Assembly (NCBI GenBank): GCA_046538485.1
Contig: JBKHIT010000002.1
Location: 64,001-128,000 of the forward strand
DNA: 64,000 bases
Direction: 5' to 3'
From: Candidatus Brocadiia bacterium
GTDB lineage: Bacteria > Planctomycetota > Brocadiia > SM23-32
The notes under the pieces are model-generated. The model did no database searches. It was not told where the DNA came from and worked only from the letters and a program-made list of their open reading frames with translations. How positions within the stretch are numbered: the stretch's first letter is position 1; each line of letters starts with the position of its first letter. Both the position numbers and the translations under genes were made by a program. Positions 53,785 through 63,765 of this stretch are shown one piece after another.

Positions 53785-54711
53785 ATGAATGATGGAACGA
53801 AATTGCCGCGGATACCCCCGCGATCGGCGGACGCGCATAAAGGTGATTTTGGCCACGTTCTGGTTGTAGGCGGAAGCCCCGGGATGACAGGGGCGCCCTG
53901 TATAGCAGCTCTTGCCGCGCAAAAATCGGGCGCAGGGTTGGTGACCGTGGGGATTCCTGAAACTTTGAATGTTGTAGTTGAAGCGCGGCTGCTGAGCGTT
54001 ATGTCATGGCCGCTGGAAGAATGCGGGGCGAAACGACTTGGTTCAGAGGCGGCAACGGAGATCCTTCAGGAGGCTGAAAAATTTGACATCTGCGCTCTTG
54101 GGCCAGGTTTGGGACGCGCTCCGGAAACGCAGGAAATGGTGCGATCTTTGGTAACCGACTCTGAGCTGCCCCTGATCATCGATGCCGATGGTTTGAATGC
54201 CCTGGCGACGGATTTGAAACCGGTCCGGGATCGATCGTGTCCCACCGTGCTGACTCCGCATCCGGGCGAAATGAAACGGCTTGTCGGAGCCGAAGATGTG
54301 AGCTGCATTCAACACGACCGGAGTGAAGTTGCGCGCAGACTGGCCCGAGAAGTTGGAGCGGTTGTCGTTCTAAAAGGCTCCGGCACGGTGGTAACGGATG
54401 GCGGTGAGATTTATGTTAACCTGACCGGCAATCCCGGTATGGCAACCGGAGGTATGGGAGACGTTCTCACGGGGGTGATTTCGGCCCTTGCTTGCCAGGG
54501 ACTCGATTCATTTGATGCCGCTCGCCTTGGTGTCTTTGTCCACGGATTGGCCGGCGACCTGGCGGCCCGAAAATATGGGGCAATTTCAGTGATGCCTGAA
54601 GACGTGCTGGATTTGCTCCCGGTTGCGTTTTTGGCGCTTGGAGAGGCCGGAGATAAAAATCTGGAAGAGACTTTCAATGCCGAGAGAGTTATCGAGGTGA
54701 CTTTAAGTTAA
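53785..54711 (+). CDS. nnrD: ADP-dependent NAD(P)H-hydrate dehydratase (stand-alone)
   Basis: HKGDFGHVLVVGGS, GAGLV, GPGLG, IDADGLN, LTPHPGE, VLKG and GNPGMATGGMGDVLTG. Confidence 0.93.
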   Translation: MNDGTKLPRIPPRSADAHKGDFGHVLVVGGSPGMTGAPCIAALAAQKSGAGLVTVGIPETLNVVVEARLLSVMSWPLEECGAKRLGSEAATEILQEAEKFDICALGPGLGRAPETQEMVRSLVTDSELPLIIDADGLNALATDLKPVRDRSCPTVLTPHPGEMKRLVGAEDVSCIQHDRSEVARRLAREVGAVVVLKGSGTVVTDGGEIYVNLTGNPGMATGGMGDVLTGVISALACQGLDSFDAARLGVFVHGLAGDLAARKYGAISVMPEDVLDLLPVAFLALGEAGDKNLEETFNAERVIEVTLS

Positions 54712-54716
54712 CTGTC

Positions 54717-55028
54717 CTATGGCACAGTTTCTTCCAGGTCACCTTCTTTCGGCGGTTGTAGAAGCTGGTGAGGGTACTCGCGTTTTGTCAGTCTGCGGTC
54801 CCAGGAATTGGTAATTTCTTGATAAAGCAGGTCTCTTTTAAACGGTGGCAATTCCACATTTGTGCCGTATGTTTCACTTTTCAGATAGCCGCTGAGTACC
54901 GTGGCATTTCTGTAAACTGTCGCGGCGTAACTCTCCACTCGATTTCGGAAATAAACGGCGAGAAAAAAGGTCGCTATCAAAAGCAATATCAGGCTCCCCT
55001 GAACAATTAGTCCGACGCGTTTTTTCAT
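54717..55028 (-). CDS. Small membrane-anchored hypothetical protein (last gene of the pil-like operon)
   Basis: N-terminal TM. Start lies 2 nt after the stop of the PilO-like gene. Confidence 0.55.
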   Translation of the reverse strand: MKKRVGLIVQGSLILLLIATFFLAVYFRNRVESYAATVYRNATVLSGYLKSETYGTNVELPPFKRDLLYQEITNSWDRRLTKREYPHQLLQPPKEGDLEETVP

Positions 55029-55030
55029 GA

Positions 55031-55891
55031 TTATCCTTCTGGCTCGCCGGGCCGATAAAAATCAAAGATATAGAGTCCCAGCTGAACTCGAACAATTCCG
55101 GGACGAAGTTCGTCGGGAGTTTCTAAGGCAACACTCCTGACGGAAATACAAGGTTCTTCGGTTGTTCTTGATACCCGGACGATTTGATCGAGCATTTCAC
55201 CGAGGGTTTTGAATCGGGTGGTGAAAGTGATGTCGACGGGTAAGAGCCGATATCGCACCACTCTGAGCTCTCCCTCCGGGACAGGTGGTTGCTCCGGCAT
55301 AATGGGCTCATGTATATGCATCAGTTCGATAACAGTACTGGGGTCATGGGTCAATTCGCCCGGAGGCTGGGGATCCGGATGCCCGATAAGGATACGCGCA
55401 AGTGCTGTGGCTTTCTCCAGCCTGTCGATTTGATCGGGTTCCGGCCGGCCTTTTGCCTCTTCTTCCCAATCGTCCAGTGGGCCTAACTCCAGAAAATTAA
55501 GATTTCCGGCACGATCGGACAATTTGTTTTTTTCGCTCCGGAATTCGTTTGCCACCTGATAGGCTTGAGAGCGAGGCCCTTTGAAAATTTCATCGTTGAG
55601 GTCGCCGCTATGCCGAATGTAATAGGAAGCGCATGTCTCGGCCTCTTTACGCATTTCTTTCTTGCGAGTCTCGTATTTCTCAATTAAACCCGCCGTGGGG
55701 AGATTTTCTTCTTCGGGGCTTTTGTCCTTCAAAGAGAGAATGGATTCCTGTTGTTTCGCCAGTGTTTGGTGAGTCTGTAATAGTGTTTGCCTCAAGGGGA
55801 TGATCTTAAATGCCAAAAATGCAAACAGACTCAGCCATATTACACCCACCACAATTGTGGTTATGAGTCTTTTGGTGCTCGCATCCACCAT
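55031..55891 (-). CDS. PilO/GspM-like bitopic membrane protein
   Basis: One TM, coiled coil and ferredoxin-like C-terminus (YRLLPVDITFTTRFKTLGEML..ISVRSV..VRVQLGLYIFDF). Follows pilMN. Confidence 0.6.
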   Translation of the reverse strand: MVDASTKRLITTIVVGVIWLSLFAFLAFKIIPLRQTLLQTHQTLAKQQESILSLKDKSPEEENLPTAGLIEKYETRKKEMRKEAETCASYYIRHSGDLNDEIFKGPRSQAYQVANEFRSEKNKLSDRAGNLNFLELGPLDDWEEEAKGRPEPDQIDRLEKATALARILIGHPDPQPPGELTHDPSTVIELMHIHEPIMPEQPPVPEGELRVVRYRLLPVDITFTTRFKTLGEMLDQIVRVSRTTEEPCISVRSVALETPDELRPGIVRVQLGLYIFDFYRPGEPEG

Positions 55892-55907
55892 CTGTTTCTC
55901 CAGAAAA

Positions 55908-57866
55908 TCAGTCGTCTTTCTCTTTGAAGTTTGATTCGTAAATTCTAAGAACACCTGTGAATGGGAGAGCCGATGGCACCTCTGCCCGAATTGTGAACTC
56001 ACCGGTGAGGTGATTCCACTCTGAGACGCCGATCCTGGCTGCAGAGAATTCACCTTTGATATCGCCGCCTTCGAATTCATTATTCAGCAAGAGCTTGTCG
56101 TCAGATTGGACCTTTGCGAGAGAATACCAGATACCGTCTTCGTGAGCCATAATTTCATCGCCTTCTTTCAGGGTTTCACTCCATCTGGTATTCGAACCCG
56201 TCACGAGTCGTTTGCCGGCTTCGAATGTTGCTTTGCCCTGTGAGCGGGTAAGTAGCAAAGAATTGCGCAGGTGGTTTTTGAGCCGACCGTTAAGTGATGC
56301 ATAAGCTTCTTTATTTTCCATCCCCGGTGGTGTATGGATCTGCCCGACCACCGAAAGGACAGTTTCAGCGGTCGAGGCCAACTTTTTGGTTTTTCTCTCT
56401 TCCTCTTTTTTGTCGTCTTCAGGGGCTTTTTCGGAATTGTGTAATTTTGTGTGATAACATTCCATCGAGAAAAGCTGGAAATATACTGTACCGTGCCGGT
56501 TGGCTTCTTCAAAAACCCTCACAACTTCATCGAAAATCAGAGCAGTTTGCGCGCGCCCGTTACTGAGAGAAGGAAGGAAATCCATCTCCCGTTCGATGGC
56601 CTCCCATTCCGTTGCGTCTCTAAGCGCGTTTTTGTTCTCCCGGTATGTGGCAAGAACGTCCTGAGCACGATCCTGAGCCTCTTTTAGATATTGCTTGACC
56701 CGAACGCCAAGCAGAAAGGCAATTACGACGATTCCCCACAGGACAATACCCGTAGAGAATAGGAACCTTTTGGCGGTAGACGCTTGAGTTTTTAGAGCGA
56801 CATTTTCGGGGACGAAAGAGGCTCTGACAGGGGTTTTGTCGAGTGCTTTAATCCCGGTTCCAATTGCCACAGCGAGTCGATCGAAATTTTTCTGGATGAT
56901 TCGTGCGTCGATATCCGGGGAGACGAAAATGTGTTCCAGCGATCTGATATCCAAGAGTTTCTTCTTGAGGCTTTGACGCACCTGCGCTTTAAGTCCTGTC
57001 AGGCGGGCTGCTCCGCCGATGGCGTAGACTCTGTCGTAGGAGACATCTTCGCCCTGTCGTCGAAGATAATCGAGTGTCGTTTTGAGCTCGGCAGCCAGTT
57101 CGTGCAGGCCGGGTTTGATAGCTTCCACCAGATTTTCGGCCATCTCGGACCGGGCGATTCGTTTTTTTGCCTGTTCAGCTTGATCGAAAGGGATGTCGAA
57201 TTCATCTCGCAGCAACCAGGTAATTCTGTTACCGCCAATTCCAAGGTTTCGCATCCAGAAACGATTACCATCCATTGAGACCAGACATGTGTTTTCGGCT
57301 CCGACATCGAATAAAAGCGCTGAACCCTGCTGTTCTGTTTCGAACTGAAGCAGACTGAGGTCTGCCAGGGGGGCAATCGTAATTTCGACGATACGTTCCG
57401 CATCCGCTTCTGCGAACGCCTGGAGGTAGGTATGGATGGACGTTTTTTTGACGGCGAAAATCATACCCCTTTTGGTCGCCTCTTCCCCTTTGGCGTCGAA
57501 TAAGTGATAATCCCAGAGGACTTCATCGAGAACAAAAGGGATGGCGTTGGAAGCTTCGAAATTAACGAGTTCTTCTACGTCGCGTTTACCGACGAGAGCG
57601 ATCTCAATTTCGCGAATGAGGGCATTCTGCGCGGGAACCGCAAAAGCGACAGGATATTTGTCGATACGATGGCGTTTGTCGAATTCTTCAAGAGCATCCC
57701 ACAGTCTCGTATCTCGACTCGGTTCTTTGAGCGCTTCCGGCGGATCGCCTTTCAAAGATATGATGTCGGCGTCAAGAATTTCGACTCCGTCTCGCACGGG
57801 GGTAATTAATACCCCTTTCAGGGCACTTCGTCCGAGGTCAATAGCCCATATCTTTGGTGCGAACAT
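55908..57866 (-). CDS. pilM: Type IV pilus assembly PilM-PilN fusion protein
   Basis: Actin-like IDLGRSALK, FEASNAIPFVLDEVLWDY, DVGAENT, GGNRIT, GGAARLTGL and AVAIG, then a TM helix and a periplasmic PilN-like part. Confidence 0.85.
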   Translation of the reverse strand: MFAPKIWAIDLGRSALKGVLITPVRDGVEILDADIISLKGDPPEALKEPSRDTRLWDALEEFDKRHRIDKYPVAFAVPAQNALIREIEIALVGKRDVEELVNFEASNAIPFVLDEVLWDYHLFDAKGEEATKRGMIFAVKKTSIHTYLQAFAEADAERIVEITIAPLADLSLLQFETEQQGSALLFDVGAENTCLVSMDGNRFWMRNLGIGGNRITWLLRDEFDIPFDQAEQAKKRIARSEMAENLVEAIKPGLHELAAELKTTLDYLRRQGEDVSYDRVYAIGGAARLTGLKAQVRQSLKKKLLDIRSLEHIFVSPDIDARIIQKNFDRLAVAIGTGIKALDKTPVRASFVPENVALKTQASTAKRFLFSTGIVLWGIVVIAFLLGVRVKQYLKEAQDRAQDVLATYRENKNALRDATEWEAIEREMDFLPSLSNGRAQTALIFDEVVRVFEEANRHGTVYFQLFSMECYHTKLHNSEKAPEDDKKEEERKTKKLASTAETVLSVVGQIHTPPGMENKEAYASLNGRLKNHLRNSLLLTRSQGKATFEAGKRLVTGSNTRWSETLKEGDEIMAHEDGIWYSLAKVQSDDKLLLNNEFEGGDIKGEFSAARIGVSEWNHLTGEFTIRAEVPSALPFTGVLRIYESNFKEKDD

Positions 57867-58163
57867 AGTTCCTGGCCGTTCAGATCATCAGCGAGTTTAT
57901 GAGATTTGCTTTTTCCGGGAGGCCCCACGGCCTCCTAAACCGTCCATAACTATGGACAAGTGCGGTTTTTTTTTCAAGCAGGATTCGGATTTTTTGAAGC
58001 TCCCTCTCCCGTTTGTTTGCAGAGAATTAAATATTTTTCCCCCACACATGGAGATATTATCCTATCGGTTTCGGAGCCATGGCGTCAATCGCTATCGCTG
58101 AAAACGCTGTTTTTTCTTCGTCAAAACTCAGCCAATAGGCTTTCGATGATAAGGTCGTGTGAC

Positions 58164-58191
58164 TTGATTTTGGAGGGGTATCGCCTATAAT
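58164..58191 (+). promoter_or_regulatory. Putative sigma70 promoter for the GH42 gene
   Basis: TTGATT-N16-TATAAT. Confidence 0.45.
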
Positions 58192-58289
58192 GCCTCGAAA
58201 CCGCGCCGGCTTTCTGCCGGAGGCGAAAAGAGAGATAATCCATCACGAAAACATCGGCTCAGCCGCCTATCGACCCGCCGGAGGTTCAA

Positions 58290-60275
58290 ATGAAATTGGG
58301 CGTTGCCTATTACCCCGAGCAGTGGCCTGAAAATCAGTGGGAAAAAGACCTTGATATGATGGCTGATATTGGGATGGAGGTCGTGCGACTGGGCGAATTT
58401 GCATGGTTCAGGTTGGAACCCCGCCGTGAGCGTTACGAGTTTGAATGGCTTGAGAATGTCATTGAACTTACAGGCGAACGCGGTTTTGAGATTGTGCTGG
58501 GAACTCCCACTGCAGCTCCGCCCCCGTGGTTATTTAATCGACACCCAAACATTATGCCACAAGATCGAGAGGGGAACGTCTGGTATATGGGGAGCCGACG
58601 TCACGTCTGTATCAACAATACAGCATATTTGAAATACGTTCGCCGGATTGTGAACGAATTGGCCAGACAATTCGGGAGAGATGAACGCATCAGTGCCTGG
58701 CAAATTGATAATGAATTGGCACTGGGACCAACCGGGTTATGCTACTGTGAGGAGTGTGAGAAAGAGTTCACACGCTGGCTCAAAAGGCGTTACGGCACCA
58801 TCGAACGGTTGAACCGAATGTGGGGGACAGCTGTCTGGAGCCAGGGATTCAGTGATTGGCACGAAATTCCTGCTCCCAAACGTACCACTTGCGGTCCTCA
58901 CCCGTCACTCGCTCTGGATTATAAACGATTTTTCTCCGCGCGGTGCCGCGCTTTTGTGGAGGAACAAAAGGAGATGATCAAGAGATATGCCGGCGAAGAT
59001 GTAGTGGTTACTGTGAACGAACCGGAAGGCTTTGCCCTGCCGCATATCGATTTGTTCACCCTTTCGGAAGCGGAGACGGTCGCATCACTGGACAATTATC
59101 CCAGCGATGCAGACCGAAGACACAACGCGGCCCTTGGCCTGGATTTGGCCCGGTCTTTGCATAAAAAACCCTTCTGGGTTCTGGAGCAACAGGCGGGCGC
59201 GCCGTTAATTCGCGAACACGCTCAACAGCCCCGTCCCGGCCAGCTTCGGCTGTGGTCTTACCAGGCGGCTGCTCACGGAGCGGAGACAATTGTTTATTTC
59301 CGCTGGCGTACGGCGGCCGCCGGCCAGGAAATGCACTGGAACGGAATTATCGATTCCGACGGTATCCCAAGACGACGTTTCGACGAGTTGAAGGCAACGA
59401 TATCCGAATTAAAAGCGAAGGCGGAGGCCTGGGAAGGCCACCTGCCAGAGGCGCGTGTGGCCATTGCCCTCGACTACAATTCTGCCTGGGCGTTGGAAGC
59501 TACACCTTTGGCGATGCACCCGGACTACTTTGAGCAGGCGCGGATGTTCCACAGAATTCTGAGGGGTTTCGGGGTTGCGGTTGACTTTGCAGATGTTCAA
59601 AAGGATCTGAAGAATTACGATATTGTGCTCCTTCCAATGCCTTTTATCGCTGTCGCTTCCCTTGCAAAGAATCTTGAACGCTTTGTTCGGGAGGGAGGGG
59701 GCGTGCTGGTTACTGCGCCCGCGGGGTACAAAACGCAAGCCAATACAAACGCCGAAAATCGCCGACCAGGCTGCCTTTCTCAATTGCTTGGTGTCGAAGT
59801 GGTCGAGCATGATGTCCTGAATTCGCGCATATCAAATAGCGTGCGTTTTAAGGAAGAGGATCAAGAATACAAAGTCGAAGAGTTTTGCTCCATTCTGGAG
59901 CTGCAGGGTGCCGAGGCACTGGCTTTTTACACGGATCAATACTACGCCGAATCGGCGGCCATTACCGTGCAAAAGGTCGAAAAGGGTTACTCCTATTTTG
60001 TAGCGGCAGATGTCGGGGAAGAATGCTACCGGGAATTGATTGGAATGTTACTGGAAGATAATGAAATCCAAGTGCATGATTGGGGAGACGATGACGTAGA
60101 AATTATTCCTCTTTCGGTTGAGGGCGAAGAGGAGCGTATTTTTGTGCTCAATCACTCGGCAAATGAAGTTAAACTGGAATCGGAGGATACGGCTGCTAAA
60201 GATATTCTTACTGGCAAAAAAAATGGGGAGATTATCCTCGAACCCTATGGCGTGGCAATCGTTGTGAAAAAGTAA
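58290..60275 (+). CDS. Beta-galactosidase, glycoside hydrolase family 42
   Basis: GVAYYPEQW, GEFAW..LEP, GTPTAAPPPW, WQIDNE (acid/base), CYCEEC, FWVLEQQAG (nucleophile) and YFRWR..GQEMH. No signal peptide. Confidence 0.94.
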   Translation: MKLGVAYYPEQWPENQWEKDLDMMADIGMEVVRLGEFAWFRLEPRRERYEFEWLENVIELTGERGFEIVLGTPTAAPPPWLFNRHPNIMPQDREGNVWYMGSRRHVCINNTAYLKYVRRIVNELARQFGRDERISAWQIDNELALGPTGLCYCEECEKEFTRWLKRRYGTIERLNRMWGTAVWSQGFSDWHEIPAPKRTTCGPHPSLALDYKRFFSARCRAFVEEQKEMIKRYAGEDVVVTVNEPEGFALPHIDLFTLSEAETVASLDNYPSDADRRHNAALGLDLARSLHKKPFWVLEQQAGAPLIREHAQQPRPGQLRLWSYQAAAHGAETIVYFRWRTAAAGQEMHWNGIIDSDGIPRRRFDELKATISELKAKAEAWEGHLPEARVAIALDYNSAWALEATPLAMHPDYFEQARMFHRILRGFGVAVDFADVQKDLKNYDIVLLPMPFIAVASLAKNLERFVREGGGVLVTAPAGYKTQANTNAENRRPGCLSQLLGVEVVEHDVLNSRISNSVRFKEEDQEYKVEEFCSILELQGAEALAFYTDQYYAESAAITVQKVEKGYSYFVAADVGEECYRELIGMLLEDNEIQVHDWGDDDVEIIPLSVEGEEERIFVLNHSANEVKLESEDTAAKDILTGKKNGEIILEPYGVAIVVKK

Positions 60276-60326
60276 AGCTGTTGGGCAGCTTCATCTGTTG
60301 TGATTGCGAAATCAGGAGAAAATATT

Positions 60327-61097
60327 GTGGATGCTATCTTGCTGGCAGGAGGTTATGCGACCCGGCTTTATCCGCTGACCAAAGACAGGCCTAAGGCCCT
60401 TTTGCCGGTGGGCGGGAAACCTATCCTGGATTACGTTGTGGAAGAGCTGAAAACAAGTGATAAAATCGATAAACTTTTTTTGGTAACCAACGCTAAATTC
60501 GCGCCCCATTTCCAGGAGTGGGCAGATAGGTATGTTGAGGGCGAGAACATCCAGATCCTCGATGATGGGACGGATTCAAACGCCGACCGTCTCGGAGCCC
60601 TCGGTGATGTGCGTTTCGTGCTGAATCATGCCGATGTCGACACCGATTCAGGTGTGTATGTTCTTGGTACGGACAACCTGGCCGACTTCAATATTACTGA
60701 TATTGTGGACCTGGCCCTGGAGAAAAAGGGCAGTGCTGTTTTTGCCAGTCGTATCGATAGCGAAGGAAAACTGACGAGAATGGGAGTGGCGACAGTTAAC
60801 GACGAGGGCCGGGTTGTGGATTTCATCGAAAAACCCGATAATCCGCCAAGCAACCTGGCGGTTCCGCCATTTTATGTCTATTCTCCGAACGCCGTACAGT
60901 TGTTGCGAGATTACTTGAACGACGAATCAAATAACCCGGATGCCCCCGGCCATTATATCTCCTGGCTTGTCCATCAAGATGACGTTTATGCCCTGATAAC
61001 AGATCAGACTGTTCTGGATATTGGGACGCCTGAAAGCTACCAGGAAGTGCAGGAGAAGTGGTCCGGCGGTGAAGAAATGTTCACAGGGAAGAGCTAA
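60327..61097 (+). CDS. Sugar-1-phosphate nucleotidyltransferase family protein
   Basis: ILLAGGYATRLYPLT..PKALLPV, FIEKP, DAPG and DIGT. AGGAG RBS before GTG 60327. Confidence 0.88.
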   Translation: MDAILLAGGYATRLYPLTKDRPKALLPVGGKPILDYVVEELKTSDKIDKLFLVTNAKFAPHFQEWADRYVEGENIQILDDGTDSNADRLGALGDVRFVLNHADVDTDSGVYVLGTDNLADFNITDIVDLALEKKGSAVFASRIDSEGKLTRMGVATVNDEGRVVDFIEKPDNPPSNLAVPPFYVYSPNAVQLLRDYLNDESNNPDAPGHYISWLVHQDDVYALITDQTVLDIGTPESYQEVQEKWSGGEEMFTGKS

Positions 61098-61164
61098 GAC
61101 CGAGAAGGCAGCGCAAACTACATCTCGCCTTTTTCGAAGGGTATTCTGCATGCATGCCGTTTGC

Positions 61165-61192
61165 TTGACATCGCCCGCGGTCCTGTTATGAT
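61165..61192 (+). promoter_or_regulatory. Near-consensus sigma70 promoter of fba
   Basis: TTGACA-N16-TATGAT with extended -10 TG. Confidence 0.65.
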
Positions 61193-61268
61193 ATCGGCTC
61201 CGTTGGGCAGACTCCTGCCCGAAATTGCTGTTTTTCTGAATTCCCTCTTTATAGTGTGAGGTGCTTCC

Positions 61269-62432
61269 ATGAGTGATTACGAACTCAGCCCTCTGGTCGC
61301 TGTTCTTGGCGCAGCTGAAGAGTCCAGCCAGAAAGGAAATCCGGCAGCTGCCGGGGCTTTTAATGTCAATTTCTTTACCCAGGCTCAAGGAGTCCTGGAA
61401 GGGCTCAGGCGAGGAAATGCTCCTGCCGTGATCCAGGCTTCCAAAGGTGCTAATCGTTTTCAAGGTGGTCCCGACAAGATTTTTTACATGGTGACCAAAG
61501 CCATGGAAAACAGCGATCACCAGCTGCCTGTAGCCTTGCATCTGGACCACGGTAACCCGGAGAAGGGTGAAGAGTGTGCCGATAGCGGGTATACGGGCAT
61601 TATGATTGATGCCAGCGATGAAGAGTTTCCGGTCAATATCGCTATCACACGAGGAATGGTTGCTTTTTCCCATCCGCGAGGGGTCGGCGTCGAAGGCGAA
61701 TATGGGCAACTCTCGGGTGTTGAAGAAGATGTGTCCCACCAGGAGACGGTTTACGCGGATCCCGCTCGCGTGCCTGAATTTTTCGAGCGGACCGGAGCTG
61801 ATGCGCTTGCTGTGGCTTACGGAACCAGCCATGGGCCGAACAAAGGGGCCAATATCAACGAGCTGAAAACGACAATCGTGCGGGACAGCTACGCCGGTAT
61901 GGTGGAAGCTGGCCTCAATGAGACCCGCTTCCTGGTTGGACATGGTTCTTCAACTGTGCCGCAAGATATTGTCCAGGAGATTAATGATCTTGGCGGCAAT
62001 TTGCAGAATGCCCAGGGCGTACCGCTCGAAAAAATTAAAGAAGGAATCTCGTTTGGGCTGCGGAAAATCAACATCGATACCGACCTGCGACTCGGCATCA
62101 CAGCGACGTCTCGCAAATTCTTCAAGGACAATCCTGCTGCCGGCCAAACAAAGGCCCTCGCAGGTGCAAAAAAGGTCCTTGACGAGCAACTGGATGTCAT
62201 CGACCCGCGCACATATCTCGGGGAAGTCGAGCCCTTCGATATTCTCAGGGAACCGCCCGAGGAAAGCGGCGTTCAGGAATTCATCGATCTAATGGCTCTT
62301 ATCAAAGAGCGCATTGCTCAACATGTTGAGTTTCTGGTCAATGAATTCGGCAGTGCCGGCATAGCCGATATGGTGGCCGATACAACCATGGCGGATATGA
62401 AAGCCGTCTACGAGCAAAACGATCCATGGTGA
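61269..62432 (+). CDS. fba: Class II fructose-bisphosphate aldolase
   Basis: GAFNVN, LHLDHG, MIDAS, VEGEYG, DALAVAYGTSHG, HGSS and KINIDTD. Confidence 0.9.
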   Translation: MSDYELSPLVAVLGAAEESSQKGNPAAAGAFNVNFFTQAQGVLEGLRRGNAPAVIQASKGANRFQGGPDKIFYMVTKAMENSDHQLPVALHLDHGNPEKGEECADSGYTGIMIDASDEEFPVNIAITRGMVAFSHPRGVGVEGEYGQLSGVEEDVSHQETVYADPARVPEFFERTGADALAVAYGTSHGPNKGANINELKTTIVRDSYAGMVEAGLNETRFLVGHGSSTVPQDIVQEINDLGGNLQNAQGVPLEKIKEGISFGLRKINIDTDLRLGITATSRKFFKDNPAAGQTKALAGAKKVLDEQLDVIDPRTYLGEVEPFDILREPPEESGVQEFIDLMALIKERIAQHVEFLVNEFGSAGIADMVADTTMADMKAVYEQNDPW

Positions 62433-62480
62433 TCGGTTTACCCCAGCTCCTCTGAGTAGAAATCGGTATCCATATGAAGG

Positions 62481-63722
62481 TCAGTTTTGCACTTGTAATT
62501 CAACTGTGGATGTCCCTTCGGCTTCGGAGTGCGTGAAACCCATTTTTGCCGTCGTGCCGAGTATTTCGACTTCATACTCACCGTAGAAACCATTAAGCGA
62601 AATCTCCCCGCTCGAATCGGTTGTCATATTCGTGGCCGTTTTCCATTCCGAATGGATGAGCTCGTGGAGACGTTCGTATGCGGGTTTTGGGGTAAGGTCG
62701 CGTCGCAACAAACCGGCTGGAGCGTTTTTCCAGCAGCCGTCACGGAAATCCCACCAGGTAATCGCTTCTACGGACGGGTGACTGAACAGAATAGTGTAGA
62801 ATGCCTCAACGTATTTGCGCTGTCGTTTTTCCCCTTCTGCTGTAGAGGGCCAGTCTTCCCAATTCGCTTCGTCGAAGGGGACACCCTCCGGGATACGTCG
62901 TCCGCTCAAGACCGTTGTTTCGGTGAAGTGGACGGGGAGTTCGAACCGGCTATAATCCTCGCAGACTTGCCAGAGACGTTCGAGCTCCCATTCGCCCCCG
63001 TGCATGTGAGATTGTATGCCGATGGCATCGATGGGAGAGGCGCGGTGGGTGAGTTCGTTGAGCTGTTTTTCGTACTCAGGGGAGACGTTGAAGTCGTTGA
63101 CAAGTAGCACAGATTCCGGGGCAGCACTGCGGGCCCATTCCAGACACTGGCGGGCAACTTCGGCCGACCCATCCTGTTTAACCCATTCACCCAAACCGTT
63201 ATCAAAATTTGCGGAAACGGTGGATTCGTTGATGACGTCCCAATGACGAATAAGAGGACGAAAATCTGAGGTTATTTCCTGGACGCGCTCTTTCAGCCTT
63301 GCTCGGGTTACTTTGGGATCGTCCGGGCCCCATGATGGCCAGACCGAATGCCAGACGAGGGGATGTCCTTTAGGGATAATCTCGTGTTCGATGCACCATG
63401 CGGCCATAGCTTTGAGTTTCTCTTCTTGCTTCTCGCCGGGTTGTTGTTCGTAGCTGCCCCAGTAAAAAGGCAACGTTGCGAAGTTGAAAAGTTCATCAAA
63501 GTGTTTTTGATAATTCTTTTGGTCTTCTGATTGATTGGCGGGTTCCAGCAGATAGATGTTGCAGCCAAAAAGAAAGTTGTGATTTGTTTGCGTTAAACGG
63601 ACCTTAACACCTGAGGCGCGTTCACCATTTTGGTCGGACAGCTGAAGCCGGATAGGTCCTTTACGGTATTGTTCAATGCGCTGATTTGCCGAATTTAACA
63701 GGGAAAGTTCTTTTTCGTTCAT
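62481..63722 (-). CDS. Glycoside hydrolase family 10 (endo-1,4-beta-xylanase-like)
   Basis: KGHPLVWH, WDVINE, NDFN, IGIQSHMH, HFTE and ITWWDF. No signal peptide. Confidence 0.88.
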   Translation of the reverse strand: MNEKELSLLNSANQRIEQYRKGPIRLQLSDQNGERASGVKVRLTQTNHNFLFGCNIYLLEPANQSEDQKNYQKHFDELFNFATLPFYWGSYEQQPGEKQEEKLKAMAAWCIEHEIIPKGHPLVWHSVWPSWGPDDPKVTRARLKERVQEITSDFRPLIRHWDVINESTVSANFDNGLGEWVKQDGSAEVARQCLEWARSAAPESVLLVNDFNVSPEYEKQLNELTHRASPIDAIGIQSHMHGGEWELERLWQVCEDYSRFELPVHFTETTVLSGRRIPEGVPFDEANWEDWPSTAEGEKRQRKYVEAFYTILFSHPSVEAITWWDFRDGCWKNAPAGLLRRDLTPKPAYERLHELIHSEWKTATNMTTDSSGEISLNGFYGEYEVEILGTTAKMGFTHSEAEGTSTVELQVQN

Positions 63723-63765
63723 GTTTTACTGTTTTCGATGATCGGTTTAAGAAAAGAGCGCCATT

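Noticed and set aside
57870..58280. Possible c-di-GMP or other riboswitch upstream of pilM
   Set aside because: Only short hairpins were seen, with no recognisable aptamer consensus by eye. An Rfam scan would be decisive.
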